Positions 39,889 through 52,787 of a stretch of 64,000 nucleotides of DNA are shown in pieces. Source of the DNA: the human T2T-CHM13v2.0 reference genome, Homo sapiens. The translations under genes were made by a program, and so were the position numbers. The stretch lies in NCBI RefSeq assembly GCF_009914755.1, contig NC_060935.1; one strand, 5' to 3'. The notes below the pieces were generated by a model that worked only from the letters and a program-made list of their open reading frames with translations, was not told the origin of the DNA and ran no database searches. Position 1 is the first letter of the stretch, and each line of letters begins with the position of its first letter.

Positions 39889-40379
39889 AAGCCAGCCCCC
39901 TCAGAAGACCAGGAGACAGTATCAGCAAATGAGTAGTCCAAGCCAGAAGCAAACTTTTAACAGAGATGTTAGTGATCAGGGGCTGGAAGAATCTGAAAAG
40001 AAGCCAGACTTCTTATCCTACTCTTGGTTCAATTCCTAGGACTCACAAAGACCCACTTGTACATGTTGTTACACCAAAGATCTCTTCTTGAGAGGGACTT
40101 GACAAAGACACTGAAAAGCCACACCAGTTCTCAAGACCAAAGGGCATAGGGGTAAAAATTAATTGGAAGTTCATCTGAAACAAAGGGAGATAGTAGGCCA
40201 TGCATAGACAACAGCATTAAAATGTGTACTACAAAAGCCATTTTTATAGATTTCAATGATAAGCCTACTACCAGAAAGGCAGCTGAGCAGGGCCACAATA
40301 ATGCTTCTGCTGCAGTTCAAGCTATGACTTGTCCAACTGGATAGTAAGAAAGCAAAGCCTGTTGGAGAGAGAGGATGCT

Positions 40380-40490
40380 TAGGGTAACCATATAATTTAT
40401 TGAGACTGCAAGGAATTGCTAACAATGGGACACCAGATAATAGACATAATTTGTAACTGTCTTGGGCAAATTAGAGCAAACCCTTACCCT
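40380..40490 (+). mobile_element. MER94-like hAT MITE
   Basis: Termini 'tagggtaaccatataatttat' and 'ttaccct'. Confidence 0.6.
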
Positions 40491-40505
40491 GGGATGTTGT
40501 ATCAC

Positions 40506-40923
40506 TGTTATGGACTGAATTGCATCCCCCCAAAACTCACATATTGAAGCCCTACCACTTAGTGTGAATATATTTGGAGACAGAGCTGTTTAAAAATGGT
40601 AAGTAAGATTAAACGAGTTCATAAAGGTAGAAATTCTTAAGGGTGGGATTGTAATCCAATAGAACTGGCGTGCTTATAAGGAAAGGAAGAGAGACCAGAG
40701 ATCCTCCTCTCCATATGTGACAAAGAACAGGCTTTATGGTGACACAGTGAAAAGGCAGCTGTCTACAAGTTGGGAGGAGAGGCCTCACCAGAAACCAAGT
40801 CAGGACAGCATCTTGATCTTTGACTTTCAGCTTCCAGAAATGTGAGAAAATACATTTCTGTTGTTCAGAGCACCCATTCCGTACATTCTGTTATGGCAGA
40901 CCAAGACTAAGCTGACTAAGACA
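40506..40923 (+). mobile_element. MLT1B-like solo LTR
   Basis: 'tgttatggactgaattg...gctgactaagaca'; perfect TSD ATCAC. Confidence 0.9.
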
Positions 40924-42094
40924 ATCACAAAGTCAAAATCTTCATTTCTTTGACTAGAGCTACAAACTGAGTAGAACAAATGTGAATCAGGCTAATTTTG
41001 CTGGCTGCTGCCTGACATGTCCTAATTTCAGAGGAATACCACTGAAGTGGCTCTAGAATTGGAATGAAAACATCTTGAAGATCTGTTTCTAAATAAGGCA
41101 TTCTGTTTGTGTTTAGGTGGGGCTTCTCTTAAAAAAAATCCAAGCAATATCAGGTATTCTTAGGATACAGTTATTGCTATTCAGTCCAAAGCTATGCACA
41201 GAAAAAGTCAGTATTTGAAAGGCAGCACGGAGGGAGAACAGTGGTAAATTGCTTTGACTTCCTTCAAATCAAAGCCCACCTCTTTGAAATTGGAAAGGCC
41301 GTGTGTTTCCGTTTGAATAATAACATTTATTCCTCTAGCATTTATGATGTGTGTCCTCTATGCCAAACACCGTACTACATAGAAGGGATGTAGAATGAGA
41401 AAGATATATCCTCTCTGTTTTAATCAATTCAGGTACACGCATATTGTAGAATATCATAATGTTATTTAAACCAATTTATTGACATGGTAAAATGTTTATG
41501 ATGGTTTTAAATATATTAAAAAGCAAGTTTCAGACCAATTTGTATACTATTTCGAGTGTATAAATGTTTATAAAACTCTAAATTTTATAAATTTAAATGT
41601 ATACAGAAAAAGTTTCTGGTAGCACACACACAAACTTGTTACTGATTACATCTGGAGTGCAGAATTGGGACTGGAGGTAGGGAGGAGAGATTGAGTTAAT
41701 TTCACTAAATACCATTTATAGGTGGTCCATGACAGGGTTAATTAATTCAGTCTAGTTACAAAGGAGATGAGTAAAAATAAGTGAAATAATGCATTCTAGG
41801 TGCTATAACAGAAATAAGCATAGAGTTAGACGAGGATATAAAGAAGGGAGTGTTCATTTTCATATGGAATGATCAGAAATAACTTTTTAAGGGGAAGTAA
41901 CACATGAGCTAAGTTTTGAAAACTGGATGATAAGAAAGGGAGCAAGGAAGCCAAACATCTCAAGGAAGAGAGAACTAGAGCTATGAAACATTTTAGAATG
42001 TTAGAGGATCTGCAACTGGTCCTCTATACCTACTCTAGTCAGCCAAATATCTGGGGCACAATGCAGGGATTGTGCCCCAATCTCATCAACTTTA

Positions 42095-42592
<498 letters not shown>

Positions 42593-43189
42593 TCAGCCAT
42601 CAGAGACCTGGGAAGAGATTTGACTATTATGAGATCATGGTTACCTCTCACAGTGTTTAGTGAGTTGAAGAATGACAGGCATCCTGGGCAATGTTGGTAA
42701 ACGACAGTGCCACAAGGTGGTTGATCGTCATGGGAGCTTAAGTCTCAGGTAGCCTGAGACACAAAATGAGATATTAGGTTGCCTTTAAGCCATATGTAGA
42801 CTGGAAGTTGTTTAGTCATCATTCTCAGGCTCGGAAGGGAACTTTGCATAGGAAGTTGCTGGGGAGCAGGTTGACCTTCAGCTCAAACCAGTGCAGCCCA
42901 AGTGAGTGGCCTGTTACAGCTTCATAGCAGGCAACAAAGAAGCTTAGAGCATCTGGGGGAGAGGGCCCCAGTGGCTGTGAGGCTAGAAGCAGCCAGGGTA
43001 AAAGAGTGCTTAAATAAAATAATTGTCTTTTGAGAGTTTCACAGATAATTAAAAACTTCTGTCCTATAAGGACATTTCTAGGGATGAATATCTAAATATT
43101 TTCACGTCTGGCTCTGTCCAGAGCTATTATTTCCTGTAAATGGCCTCTGCTGTGCTAATTCAAATGTCCCATTGAATTCACTTTTGCTT

Positions 43190-43400
43190 TAAAGGTTAAG
43201 AACTAGGCGTTGGCATCAGGTCGATCTGGGCTCAGATCCTGGTTTTGTCACTTGGTTAGGTTATAGGATTTATCCAAGCCTTCACTGTACTACCACAAAT
43301 TGAAAAGAGTATGTGAATTACCTCCTGAGTGTTCCTTGGAAGTTCCATTGAGAGATAGTATTTAAAGGCCTTAGCATAAAGTCATGCAGAAATTAAGGAC
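43190..43400 (+). mobile_element. MIR
   Basis: 'ggttaagaac...gatctgggctcagatcctggttttgtcactt...taaaggccttagca'. Confidence 0.55.
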
Positions 43401-43759
43401 CTTAAAGGGGAAAGAAAGCTAGATTTATTTTATTATTATTTTAATAATTTATCTTTTCATAATTTTATCTGACAAGTTTTGCTCTTCCATAAACTCAATA
43501 TAATTTTTTTAGGTGCTCAGTTAAAGATAATCCTGAATTTTAATAAATATTACTCATGGTAAGCTATCTGAAATCCTTTTGGCTATAAATATTATTTTTT
43601 TTATTAAATAACAAAACACTAACTGGCTATAGAAAATCTTCTGTTTTCTGTGACTTTATACTCAAAATGTAGTGAATTTATGTATTATTACTCACATTAG
43701 ATGTATTTGGAATATCACTGTGATTTGTCTCAGTATATTAGAAAATGCTAGTTTCACTT

Positions 43760-44220
43760 TGAGGTTAGATAGGCTGGGTCTGATTCCTGAAACTGCTACT
43801 TATTATATGGCCTCATGCAAGAGACTCCAAACTAATAAGCTCTAAGGTGTACTGAGCATTTAGTATATACTAGTGCATTCCTAACTTGATTCTTATAATA
43901 CACACCTGAAATAAGTACTAATAATTCCATTTTATGAGAACTAAATGCAGAAAGGGATAGAAGCAAACATCATTTGCCCAACATTGCCAGTAGGGAATAC
44001 ATTTGAACCCAGGTCTGTGAGGATGTGAACCCAGGTTTGTGAGATTTGAACCCAGGTTTGTGAGACTACAAAACTCACACTCTTCACTCCAAGTTATGTG
44101 CTGTGGCAACCTTTCTGTCAGTAAAATGAAACTAAAGAAACTTATTTTGAAGAGTTATTATGAAGACTGGTGATAACATATGTCATTTTCACACAGTGAA
44201 TGTTCCATAAATGTTAGTGA
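43760..44220. mobile_element. Antisense MIR (about 43850-44090) apparently nested in a sense MIR
   Basis: Sense 5' part 'ggctgggtctgattcctg...ctacttatt', then antisense 'ccattttatgag...atttgcccaa...tttgaacccagg', then sense 3' part 'gtaaaatgaa...cataaatgttag'. Confidence 0.55.
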
Positions 44221-45379
44221 TTTTTAATTCTCATTCATGTGAACCACAGTAATTTAAAATGGAAAAAAACCCTGATATTTTGAAACTTATAATATATTCA
44301 TAGATTTCCAAATTATCTGGCAATAAAATGCATAACATGGACAGAATCAGTACTGAGAAATTGCAAGAATGTCATATGCAGTGAAGCTTCTGGTTTTCAA
44401 TAGGGAAAAACTGGTAGAGCCACCATTTAGATATTTACAAATAATGGGCAGTATCTAATGTTTAGATTTCTACCAAACGGCCAATTTTACCCAATGTTTG
44501 TGGGTCTGTGTGTGAAATACAGAATACCTCACAGTTCAGTTAGAATTTTAATCAACAAAGAATTTGTGTTCTTTTAAAAACGCCTTTTTATTCAATAAAA
44601 AATCAAAGTACGTTCTCAATGTTTTGTTAAACTCAATACTCCCTGCATTACCTGCCTTCTAACTGACCATTTTATTCTTCTTTTTGTTTTAATTTTTACC
44701 AGTTCTCCTTTAGGTGAAGTCAAAGAGCGCTTTACATGAAAGCAAAGAACATAACATTTTCAAACACATCAAACTATGCCAAATGAGGTGCAATCTGCTC
44801 TACATATTTCAAATGGCAAGTAACTACTAGGATTGCTGTGTTTGACTTCAGAAATCGAAAAGAAGTAACTAAACTGATGTATTTTTAATAAAGAGTTCAA
44901 AGAACTGTGATGATAAATAAGCCATTCCCCAAACTCTAAGTCCTCAGGTTGAATCACTGCGAAATTATCCAAACTAATAGAGAGGAGCAGAGGTGCAGGG
45001 CATTGGATGGGTTCAGTCCACTTCATGGCTGGTGCTACCACTCCCTCAGAGCTGGCCTCTCATGGCCAATACCTAGCCTTTCCATTTAGAAGCCTGTCTC
45101 TTCAGCCCTACCTCTACTGGCCTGTTCCACCCACAGACTTTCCCATGAGACAAATAAAAAACAAGCCTTATTTAAGTTTACACCTTGCTCAAGGAGTGAA
45201 ATAAGTTAAGCCTCAATTCATGTATAATTTTGGGCTTAGTTTACCCCCATCAATCAAAGATATGTATTCTTCTTGATGGCTACTCAACATCCTACTAGTA
45301 GGGAACATAATATTAATTGAAGTTAGAACTTCTATTTAAAGTTATACTGAAAGGCTCTTTTACCCTCCAGAAGTACCTT

Positions 45380-45640
45380 CCCTTCTTTTATCCTTCCTTC
45401 CTTCTCCCTTTCCCCCTTTTTCTCTCTCTGAAATATGGGCATGAATCTCCTTTACAATGAAGAAAAAAATCTTGAAATATTCTTTCTTTCTTGTATAAAA
45501 CCAATACACCAAATATTTGTTCATTGCTTTAAAAATGTTCTTTCTTCCTTTCCTCCCTCCTTTTTCTTTCTTCTTTTTCTCTTTCCCCTCTTTCTTTCTC
45601 CCATTTCTTCTTTCTTACCCTTTCTGCCTGTCTTCCTGTC
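45380..45640. repeat. CT-rich low-complexity tracts
   Basis: Directly visible polypyrimidine runs. Confidence 0.8.
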
Positions 45641-46738
45641 TGCACTTTATCATGTGTGTTGTGTGAAATGCTACATAAACATAAATAAATGATAAGACAA
45701 GATCTCATGAGGAAATTCGTAATCCTACTGGCCTATTGACCAGTCAATTTAGCTTATTCAGTAAAACCTGGTAAAAGAGACCTTAAAATTATATTTTAAA
45801 GCAATGAACAAATGCTTGGTTTATTGATTTTATCCAGTAAGTAAAATAAAGAATATTTCAAGATTTTTTTCCATTGTAAAGTAGATTCATGCCCATATTT
45901 CAGAAAGTGGCATATTCTCAAAAAGTCACATTTTTTTTTTCCAAATTATAGGGTTCCTGTTAAGGAAACAAGGAAACTAAACAGAGAAAATGACTTGCCT
46001 CACACAGCTTTTATTAGGCAGTAAAGAGGTACCTTAATCAGGGAGAAACTTATTTTTCTATTATTTTCATAATGGAGATGCTGACATTGAAATGCTGTAT
46101 TTCTCTCCACTCAAGCTATGCTTTAAGCAGTGTTAAGCTACTGCTTTTGCATCACTAGTACTGAAGGTTATGATTTCATCAGGACATCTTTTATTGCAAA
46201 GCAGTCTCAAATGAAATTCAGGGGAAATGAGCTAAACCTAACATGCTGTTGGTTTGCCAGGGCCAATCTTCTGCTCACAAAATTCAAGTGCCACTTGTCT
46301 TTGTAATTGCAAGCATAGGGATATATCTTCCCTCACTTAGAAGCACTCCCATGGTACTAGATTATTATCAGGCAAGAGAGCATTTGAATCTTAAATGATA
46401 ACTGATCCATATTAACTGTACAATTTGTTATATAGTAATTTGGTGAGGAGGTCAAGTAGGAAATAGATTTTGGGTTTCTCTTTATTCAAGTTGACTGCAT
46501 AAAAGAGAGTTCAAATCTTACTGTTCTTTCTACAAAGATAAATACGCTATGATTTTTTTTAAAGGCATACTTCATTTGAATATAAATAAATTATTCAGTT
46601 TTGACTATCTTTTTTTTTTTGGTTTTGGTTTTTAGAAAATGGTAAGCAGCTTTCAGAGACCATCATGTTATGATTGGCAAGAGGACAGGCATCAAATGGA
46701 AAAAGAAAGCAAGTATTTTCAACAAAGAAGATTGACAG

Positions 46739-47136
46739 TGTATTAGTCCCTTTTCACACCGCCTTAAATAACTACCCAAAACTGGGTAATTTATGAAGAA
46801 AAGATGTTTAGTTGATTCACAGCTGCATCGGCTTAACAGGAAGCATGACTGAGAGACCTCAGGAAACTTACAATCATGGTGGAAGACAAAGCATGGGCCT
46901 TCTTCACATGGTGTTAGGAAAGAGAGAGAGAGGGTGCACCAGGGGGAAGTGCCACACACTTCTAAACACCAGATCTCATGAGAATTCTTATCAGGAGACA
47001 GCGCTAGGGGGATGGTGCTAAACCATTAGAAACCTCCCCAATGATTTAATCACCTCCCACTAGGCCCCACTGTCAACACGTGGGGATTCCAATTAGACAG
47101 GAGATTTGGGTGGGGACACAAAGCCAAACCATATCA
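46739..47136 (-). mobile_element. MSTA-like solo LTR
   Basis: 'tgtattagtcc...gccaaaccatatca'; perfect TSD GACAG. Confidence 0.92.
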
Positions 47137-48782
47137 GACAGTGAAAGTGGGAAATTGCCTTTATATTTAATTTGAAATAAATAATCATGGGCATTGATGT
47201 AAGCCAGTGCTTTCATGATGGTAAATTATCTTCTTTATTTTTTGGTTTCTGCTTTCTCTGATGAAGCTGGAGTTGAAAATGGTTACTCTGAAAAAATAAG
47301 CCTTTCTTCAGATGAATTGTAGACAGGTCATTAGAAGTCTTCCTTGAAAAAAGATGTGAAACAAAACAAAAACAAGAAGCAATCTGCAAGTTTGACACAA
47401 GCCTGGCTAAGAGCATCTTCACCTTTTTTTTTTTTTCTAATCTCAGGAAAAAAAAGTTGAGTTTTGTTTCATCAATTTAGGATTTCAGAAAAAACATCTA
47501 ATTAAGCTAGGATAAAAGCAGTTAATTAAGCAACTTTGGACCACATCTGTACTTGTGAACAACCTTGATTATATCAGTATGCATATATAGTAAGTGGCCT
47601 CTGAACATTGCATTTCAAATATAGAAATTAATAAATTCATGTTACTTTAATTAGCAATAATTACATAATATTTAGCAACACTCATTAATAGTTTTTAAGA
47701 CTCTCATAAAATGTAAGACAATATTGATTGCAAGACCCATTATAATTTTACAAACCATTAAGAAAGACAGAAACTCTGCCAAATAAAATATGACACAAGG
47801 CATTAAAGAAAATGTTGTGTTATGTATGAATTTTTCACACAAGCCTCTTATTGCTTGGAAATTATATCCATCTATTTTAAGAATTTTGATAGTTTCTCTT
47901 GACTTTTATTGAGTTGCCTAGCATGAGTCAGGCAATCCCTTTACACATTCTGCACAAATAGAATGTAACAGAGCCTTATATATTCACAAGCATCTTCCTT
48001 TCTTTGATCTCCTAAAGTACTTGGGTGTTTTGCAAGAAAATATGGAATTTAGGTTGTCCTTACAACAATGAATATTTGCTTCCCTCTCTTCTGTCTCTAT
48101 GTTTTTCCACATAAAGAAAAACTTTTGTTTCTACACTGAAATGCCATGTGATCTTTAATGTATTTTAAATAGCTACACACTACTCAACGAGGGTAGTATT
48201 GACTATGATGACAAAAGCCAGAAATATGAATACCTATGACCCAGCTCATTCATGTAGGAATGAAAAATATGACATGATTGTTGTCTGGTCAAAAACAACT
48301 ATAAGCACCATAAATTTTAAGATGCATTCTTATTTTGGAGATTTATAAACATAACCGAAAAGAAATGTGTCTTAAAATAATGAAAAGAGAATTTATTTAT
48401 AATGGTATATATTCACATAAAGAAAAAGGCATATATTTTATAAGTATACTAATGAGTACTCTGGGAGCTTGGATGTACAAGGGAGAGAGCCACAAAAATG
48501 CATTCTGAGCCACCGGGGGATTTTAGTGTTTGAAGACAAAGTGCCCTAAAGCACTTTTTGCAAACTCAGCTCTGTAAAGATATGCCCATATAAAGGGGCA
48601 ATCGTGTATAAAACAGAGCGCTGATACTTTGCTAAAAATATCAGGGTGAAAAAATATTGAGGCAGAAATCTTGAAAGAAACAGGCAGTGTGGGGAAATAA
48701 TAATTACTTGTTATCAATCAGTAAGGAATAAACAATAGGAACAAGTCTAGTTATCACAGTTCCTTAAGAAATATAGTCTTGA

Positions 48783-49340
48783 GTAGGGCTTAGAAAACTT
48801 TGTTTGTGAAGGGCCAGATGATAAATAGTTTAAGCTTTGCCGTCCACATACGTTCTCTGTTAGATATTTTTCTTGTTTTTATTTTGACCACTTTTTAAAG
48901 TTGTAAAAACCATTCTTAGCTTGGGGCAGTGATATGGTTTGGCTCTGTATCCCCACCCAAACTCACCTTGAATTGTAATAATCCCCACGTGTCATGGGAG
49001 TGATGCGGTGGGAGGTAATTGAATCATGGGGATAGGTTTTTCCTGTGCTGTTCTTTTGTTAGTGAGTAAGTCTCACGAGATCTGATGGTTTTATAAAGGG
49101 CAGTTCCCCTGCGCATGTTTTCGCTCTTGCCTGCTACCATGTAAGAGGAACCTTTCACCTTTCACCATGATTGTGAGGCCTCCCCAGCCACGTGGAACTG
49201 TGAGTCCATTAAACCTCTTTTTCTTTATAAATTACCCAGTTTCGGGTATGTCTTTATCAGCAGCGTGAAAGCGGACTAATTCAGGCAGTAAGAGGTTGTG
49301 GGCTGGATTTGTCTCTCGGCTTGCGGTTTGCAGACCCCTG
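48783..49340 (+). mobile_element. MER58 (C-like) split by THE1
   Basis: 'gaagggccagatgataaata...gtaaaaaccattcttagc' resumes as 'gggctggattt...tttgcagacccctg'. Confidence 0.75.
48930..49283 (+). mobile_element. THE1B-like solo LTR
   Basis: 'tgatatggtttggctctgt...atcagcagcgtgaaagcggactaattca'; perfect TSD GGCAG. Confidence 0.93.
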
Positions 49341-49349
49341 GCTTGCACT

Positions 49350-49775
49350 AGTGGTTGTCAAATTTCAGCATGCATAAGGGCTTCCTGGAGGGCTTTCTGA
49401 CACAGATTGCCATTTAGAGAGCTTTTGATTCAGAAGGTCTGGGATGGGGCCTGAAAAGTTGCATTTTTAACAAGTTCCTAGTTGATACTGATGCTGTGTA
49501 TGCAGGAACCACACTTGGAGAATCACTGGGCTAGTAGTGGAATGCAGCTTTGGAGTAGAGTAGATCTGGATCCTTACCCTGTCACTAACCATCTATGAGA
49601 ACTTGGGTAGCTGATTGAACTCTACTGAATCTTGGCTTCCTCAGCTATAGAATGGACAGCAATGGGACCTACACAAGTTTAACCTCACGATTATGATTCA
49701 CGAGTAAGATCTGTGGAGCATATAGCACCGTGCTTGGCACACAGTGATAGCTACATACATGTTAACTATTAATCA
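49350..49775. mobile_element. MER5A followed by MIR
   Basis: 'tgattcagaaggtctgggatggggcctga...ttgcatttttaacaagttcc', then MIR 'cttggcttcctcagctatagaatgg...tgcttggcacacagt'. Confidence 0.7.
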
Positions 49776-50059
49776 TCCCAGATGGAAGACCATTTTGAGG
49801 AACCCAAATTGGAATGAAAAAAGTTATGTTATTTTACCCTCCATCGATGTATTTGGGGTGAGAAAAAATATCAGTGAGAGAGTTAAAAAGAAGGGAAAAT
49901 GGAATAGAATATAGGCATAATTGAAAAAGTTACCAGGTTCTTTTACTTGTGAAAAGGCGTGGCATTTTCCTGAAGATGGATTCCTGGGATAAATGGTTAG
50001 ATTTGTAGCCCATGAGCAGGCCTTGTGATGAGCCATGTACTATGCTGCTCAAGAAGTGA

Positions 50060-50310
50060 AACAGCTGGGAGGCTCTTTTACACTAGAAACATGGGGCTCA
50101 TTTCTAGTGACGGCACATGTGATAAACATCAACAGCTGTTGATGTTTCCTTGTTTTAATGTCTCAGCTGCTCAGAGGGTACTTGAGCAAAGCCTCTTGTT
50201 ACCTGATGCAGCTGTTAGATAGTTGCGAATGCACTCTCTGGATCTGTTTGGGGTTCATTCCTGCTGTGTAATAATGCAATAAAACTGATTTCCCCTTGGA
50301 AGTAAACAAC
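50060..50310. promoter_or_regulatory. Candidate bHLH (CAGCTG E-box) enhancer
   Basis: Four CAGCTG sites within 153 bp (50062, 50133, 50164, 50209) plus CACATG, GATAA and FOX-like TAAACA, in apparently non-repeat DNA. Confidence 0.4.
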
Positions 50311-50629
50311 TCAGCTATCAAAGGCACATTTGGGAGTTGGAATACGATTCACCTCTACCAAGACACAGATGAAAAGAGTGGGCTTCCCAAGTTAAGGAAG
50401 CTGTCCTCCTCTCGAACTTGCCTGGTGAGTAATATATGCTTGTCACTAACAATTGCAGAATTAACAATGCTCCTAGCACCTAGTAAATGGTAGCTTTTTG
50501 CAGATCACCTTTAAAAGACTCATGGTGAAGCCAGTGATCCATTTGTCTTGCCTTAGGCTATTTCTATCACAAGAATGTCCATCTTCTAAGACAAGCTTTT
50601 TCTTATCTATCTAATGATGGATAAAGGAG

Positions 50630-51520
50630 CTCAGACGTTGGGTCAGATAGGCCTGGACATGCATTATGAATCTACAGAAAGATTTTAGCAAATCATTGAA
50701 CTTCTCTAAACATCAGTTTCTTCTGCAATCTTTAACCGGTTTCATGCTTTACTCTTCCCTTTGTAAAATCCATCATTCAGAGTACATTTTTTGAAAAGCA
50801 AAAGCAAATCACATCACTGCCCACTTAAGACCCTTCTGTGGCTTCAGTAACACTAGAATTTTATACAAACATCATATCAAAACCCAAAGCCTCAGTATTC
50901 GAACTGTGATCTGCAGGATCACCTGGAAGCAGAATTGCAGGCTCTTCTACAGACCTTCTGAGGCAGTTATTGCTTTTTTTTAACAATATCCTTATGTAAT
51001 TCATGTGTACATTAAAGTTTGAGAAGCAGTGGCCTATAAAGGCCCTTCTAACTTTCCCATGAGTCTTACTTCATCTTCAACTACTCAACCTCTCATTCAT
51101 TACACTGCGTGTGCTCTTCTTCTGTCCGAGAATGCAAGAGGCTCAGGGCCTTTGCTCTCTGCCTAAAATATCCAGTTCCAAGATTGGCTCCTGGCCAGTC
51201 CCTCCTTGTCATTTGAGTTTGAGATTAAAATGTTACTTCCTCAAAATCACCATCCATCCCTTTGTTTGGTTTTGTTTTTGCTTTTCTATTGTATGCCTCC
51301 ACCTTACGAGAATATAAGATCTGGAAGAGGTGGGATCTGATCTGTCTTGTTTATTGCTCTATCTCTAGTACATAGAACAGTGCCTGATATATAGTATATA
51401 GTCAACAAATAATTTTCAATAAATCCAGAAATTATATTTACCTCTCAAGATTGTTTTGGGGATTCAATGATAGAGTATCTAAGAAACATTAGCACATCTT
51501 GGTTGCTTACTCAATGTTAG
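50630..51520. mobile_element. Nested MIR / L2 / MER5 fragments
   Basis: L2 3' 'tgtcttgtttattgctctatctctag...agaacagtgcctg' and MER5 'cattaaagtttgagaagcagtg'. Confidence 0.55.
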
Positions 51521-52477
51521 CTCCCACCCTTTCCCTTCTTCTTCCCTTCTTTGCCTGTATAGATTGATACACAGTGATGCCTAGGTTGTGTAGGTCATCT
51601 ATGTGATAACTGGAAACCCTCTATTCCACAGTCTTAAGAGAAAGTCTAGCAGTTGCATCATTCATTGACTTCTCTGAACATCAATTTAATCTGCAATCAA
51701 TCCCTAACAATTTGTCCATGAGTCAGAAGCACAGTTAAGAAAAGGGATGGTCAAAGAGAATAGAATAGAGTACTTAGTCTGCCAGATAGAGATGGAACTG
51801 CACCCTTTACCTGCCTCATGCTGGCCCTGGTTCTTGTAAAGATAATTCTAACAGGAATAAGCAGTATGAGTGATAATGTAAATATAAATTTGAGTGCTGA
51901 GAGTCATAACCTATGCAGTTCATTTAATTTTCTGAACTTTTGGTTGCGAGAATATGAAACAATTTGTGGCAAATATAGGCAATTACCTATCCATGCCAAA
52001 TATTTAAAATATTTCACTTTTAGTACAATAGAAATATGAGGAAAATGCTAGAGGTTTAGAATTGAGGGAATGGGAAAAGCTAAAAGATCCATGAAACTTC
52101 TGGAAATGAGTGAAGTGGTGCACCTGTGAGAAACAGTTTGGAGGTACCTTTGTAGTGGCAAGAGCTTTGACTTCAGAGTCAGATGGACACAGGTTGGAAT
52201 TGTTAAGCAGTAGGTAACTGTGAAATATTAATTACTTAATATTACCTCTGGCCCTTGGTATTCTAATCTGTAAAAGGTAGAAAATATTAATACTTAGCTC
52301 ACAGAGTCAGAATAAATGGTCTGTGTGTCAGAGTTTCTCAGTGCACATGGCAGGCAAAGCACCTGACACAGTCTCTAATCAAGACACATTTGCCATTGTT
52401 ATAGTTATTGGAAGTCAGGGGGCAGATGGACCCAGTGCTGTCATGTTCATTCTGTTTCCCCATAACAACCACAATAA

Positions 52478-52787
<310 letters not shown>

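Noticed and set aside
39420-40170. Possible ancient LTR (Gypsy/ERVL-like) around the (GA)n
   Set aside because: I could not match termini or a family with any confidence.
49179-49191. PRDM9 hotspot motif in THE1B
   Set aside because: It reads CCTCCCCAGCCAC and lacks the T at position 7 of CCNCCNTNNCCNC, so it is the ordinary THE1 version.
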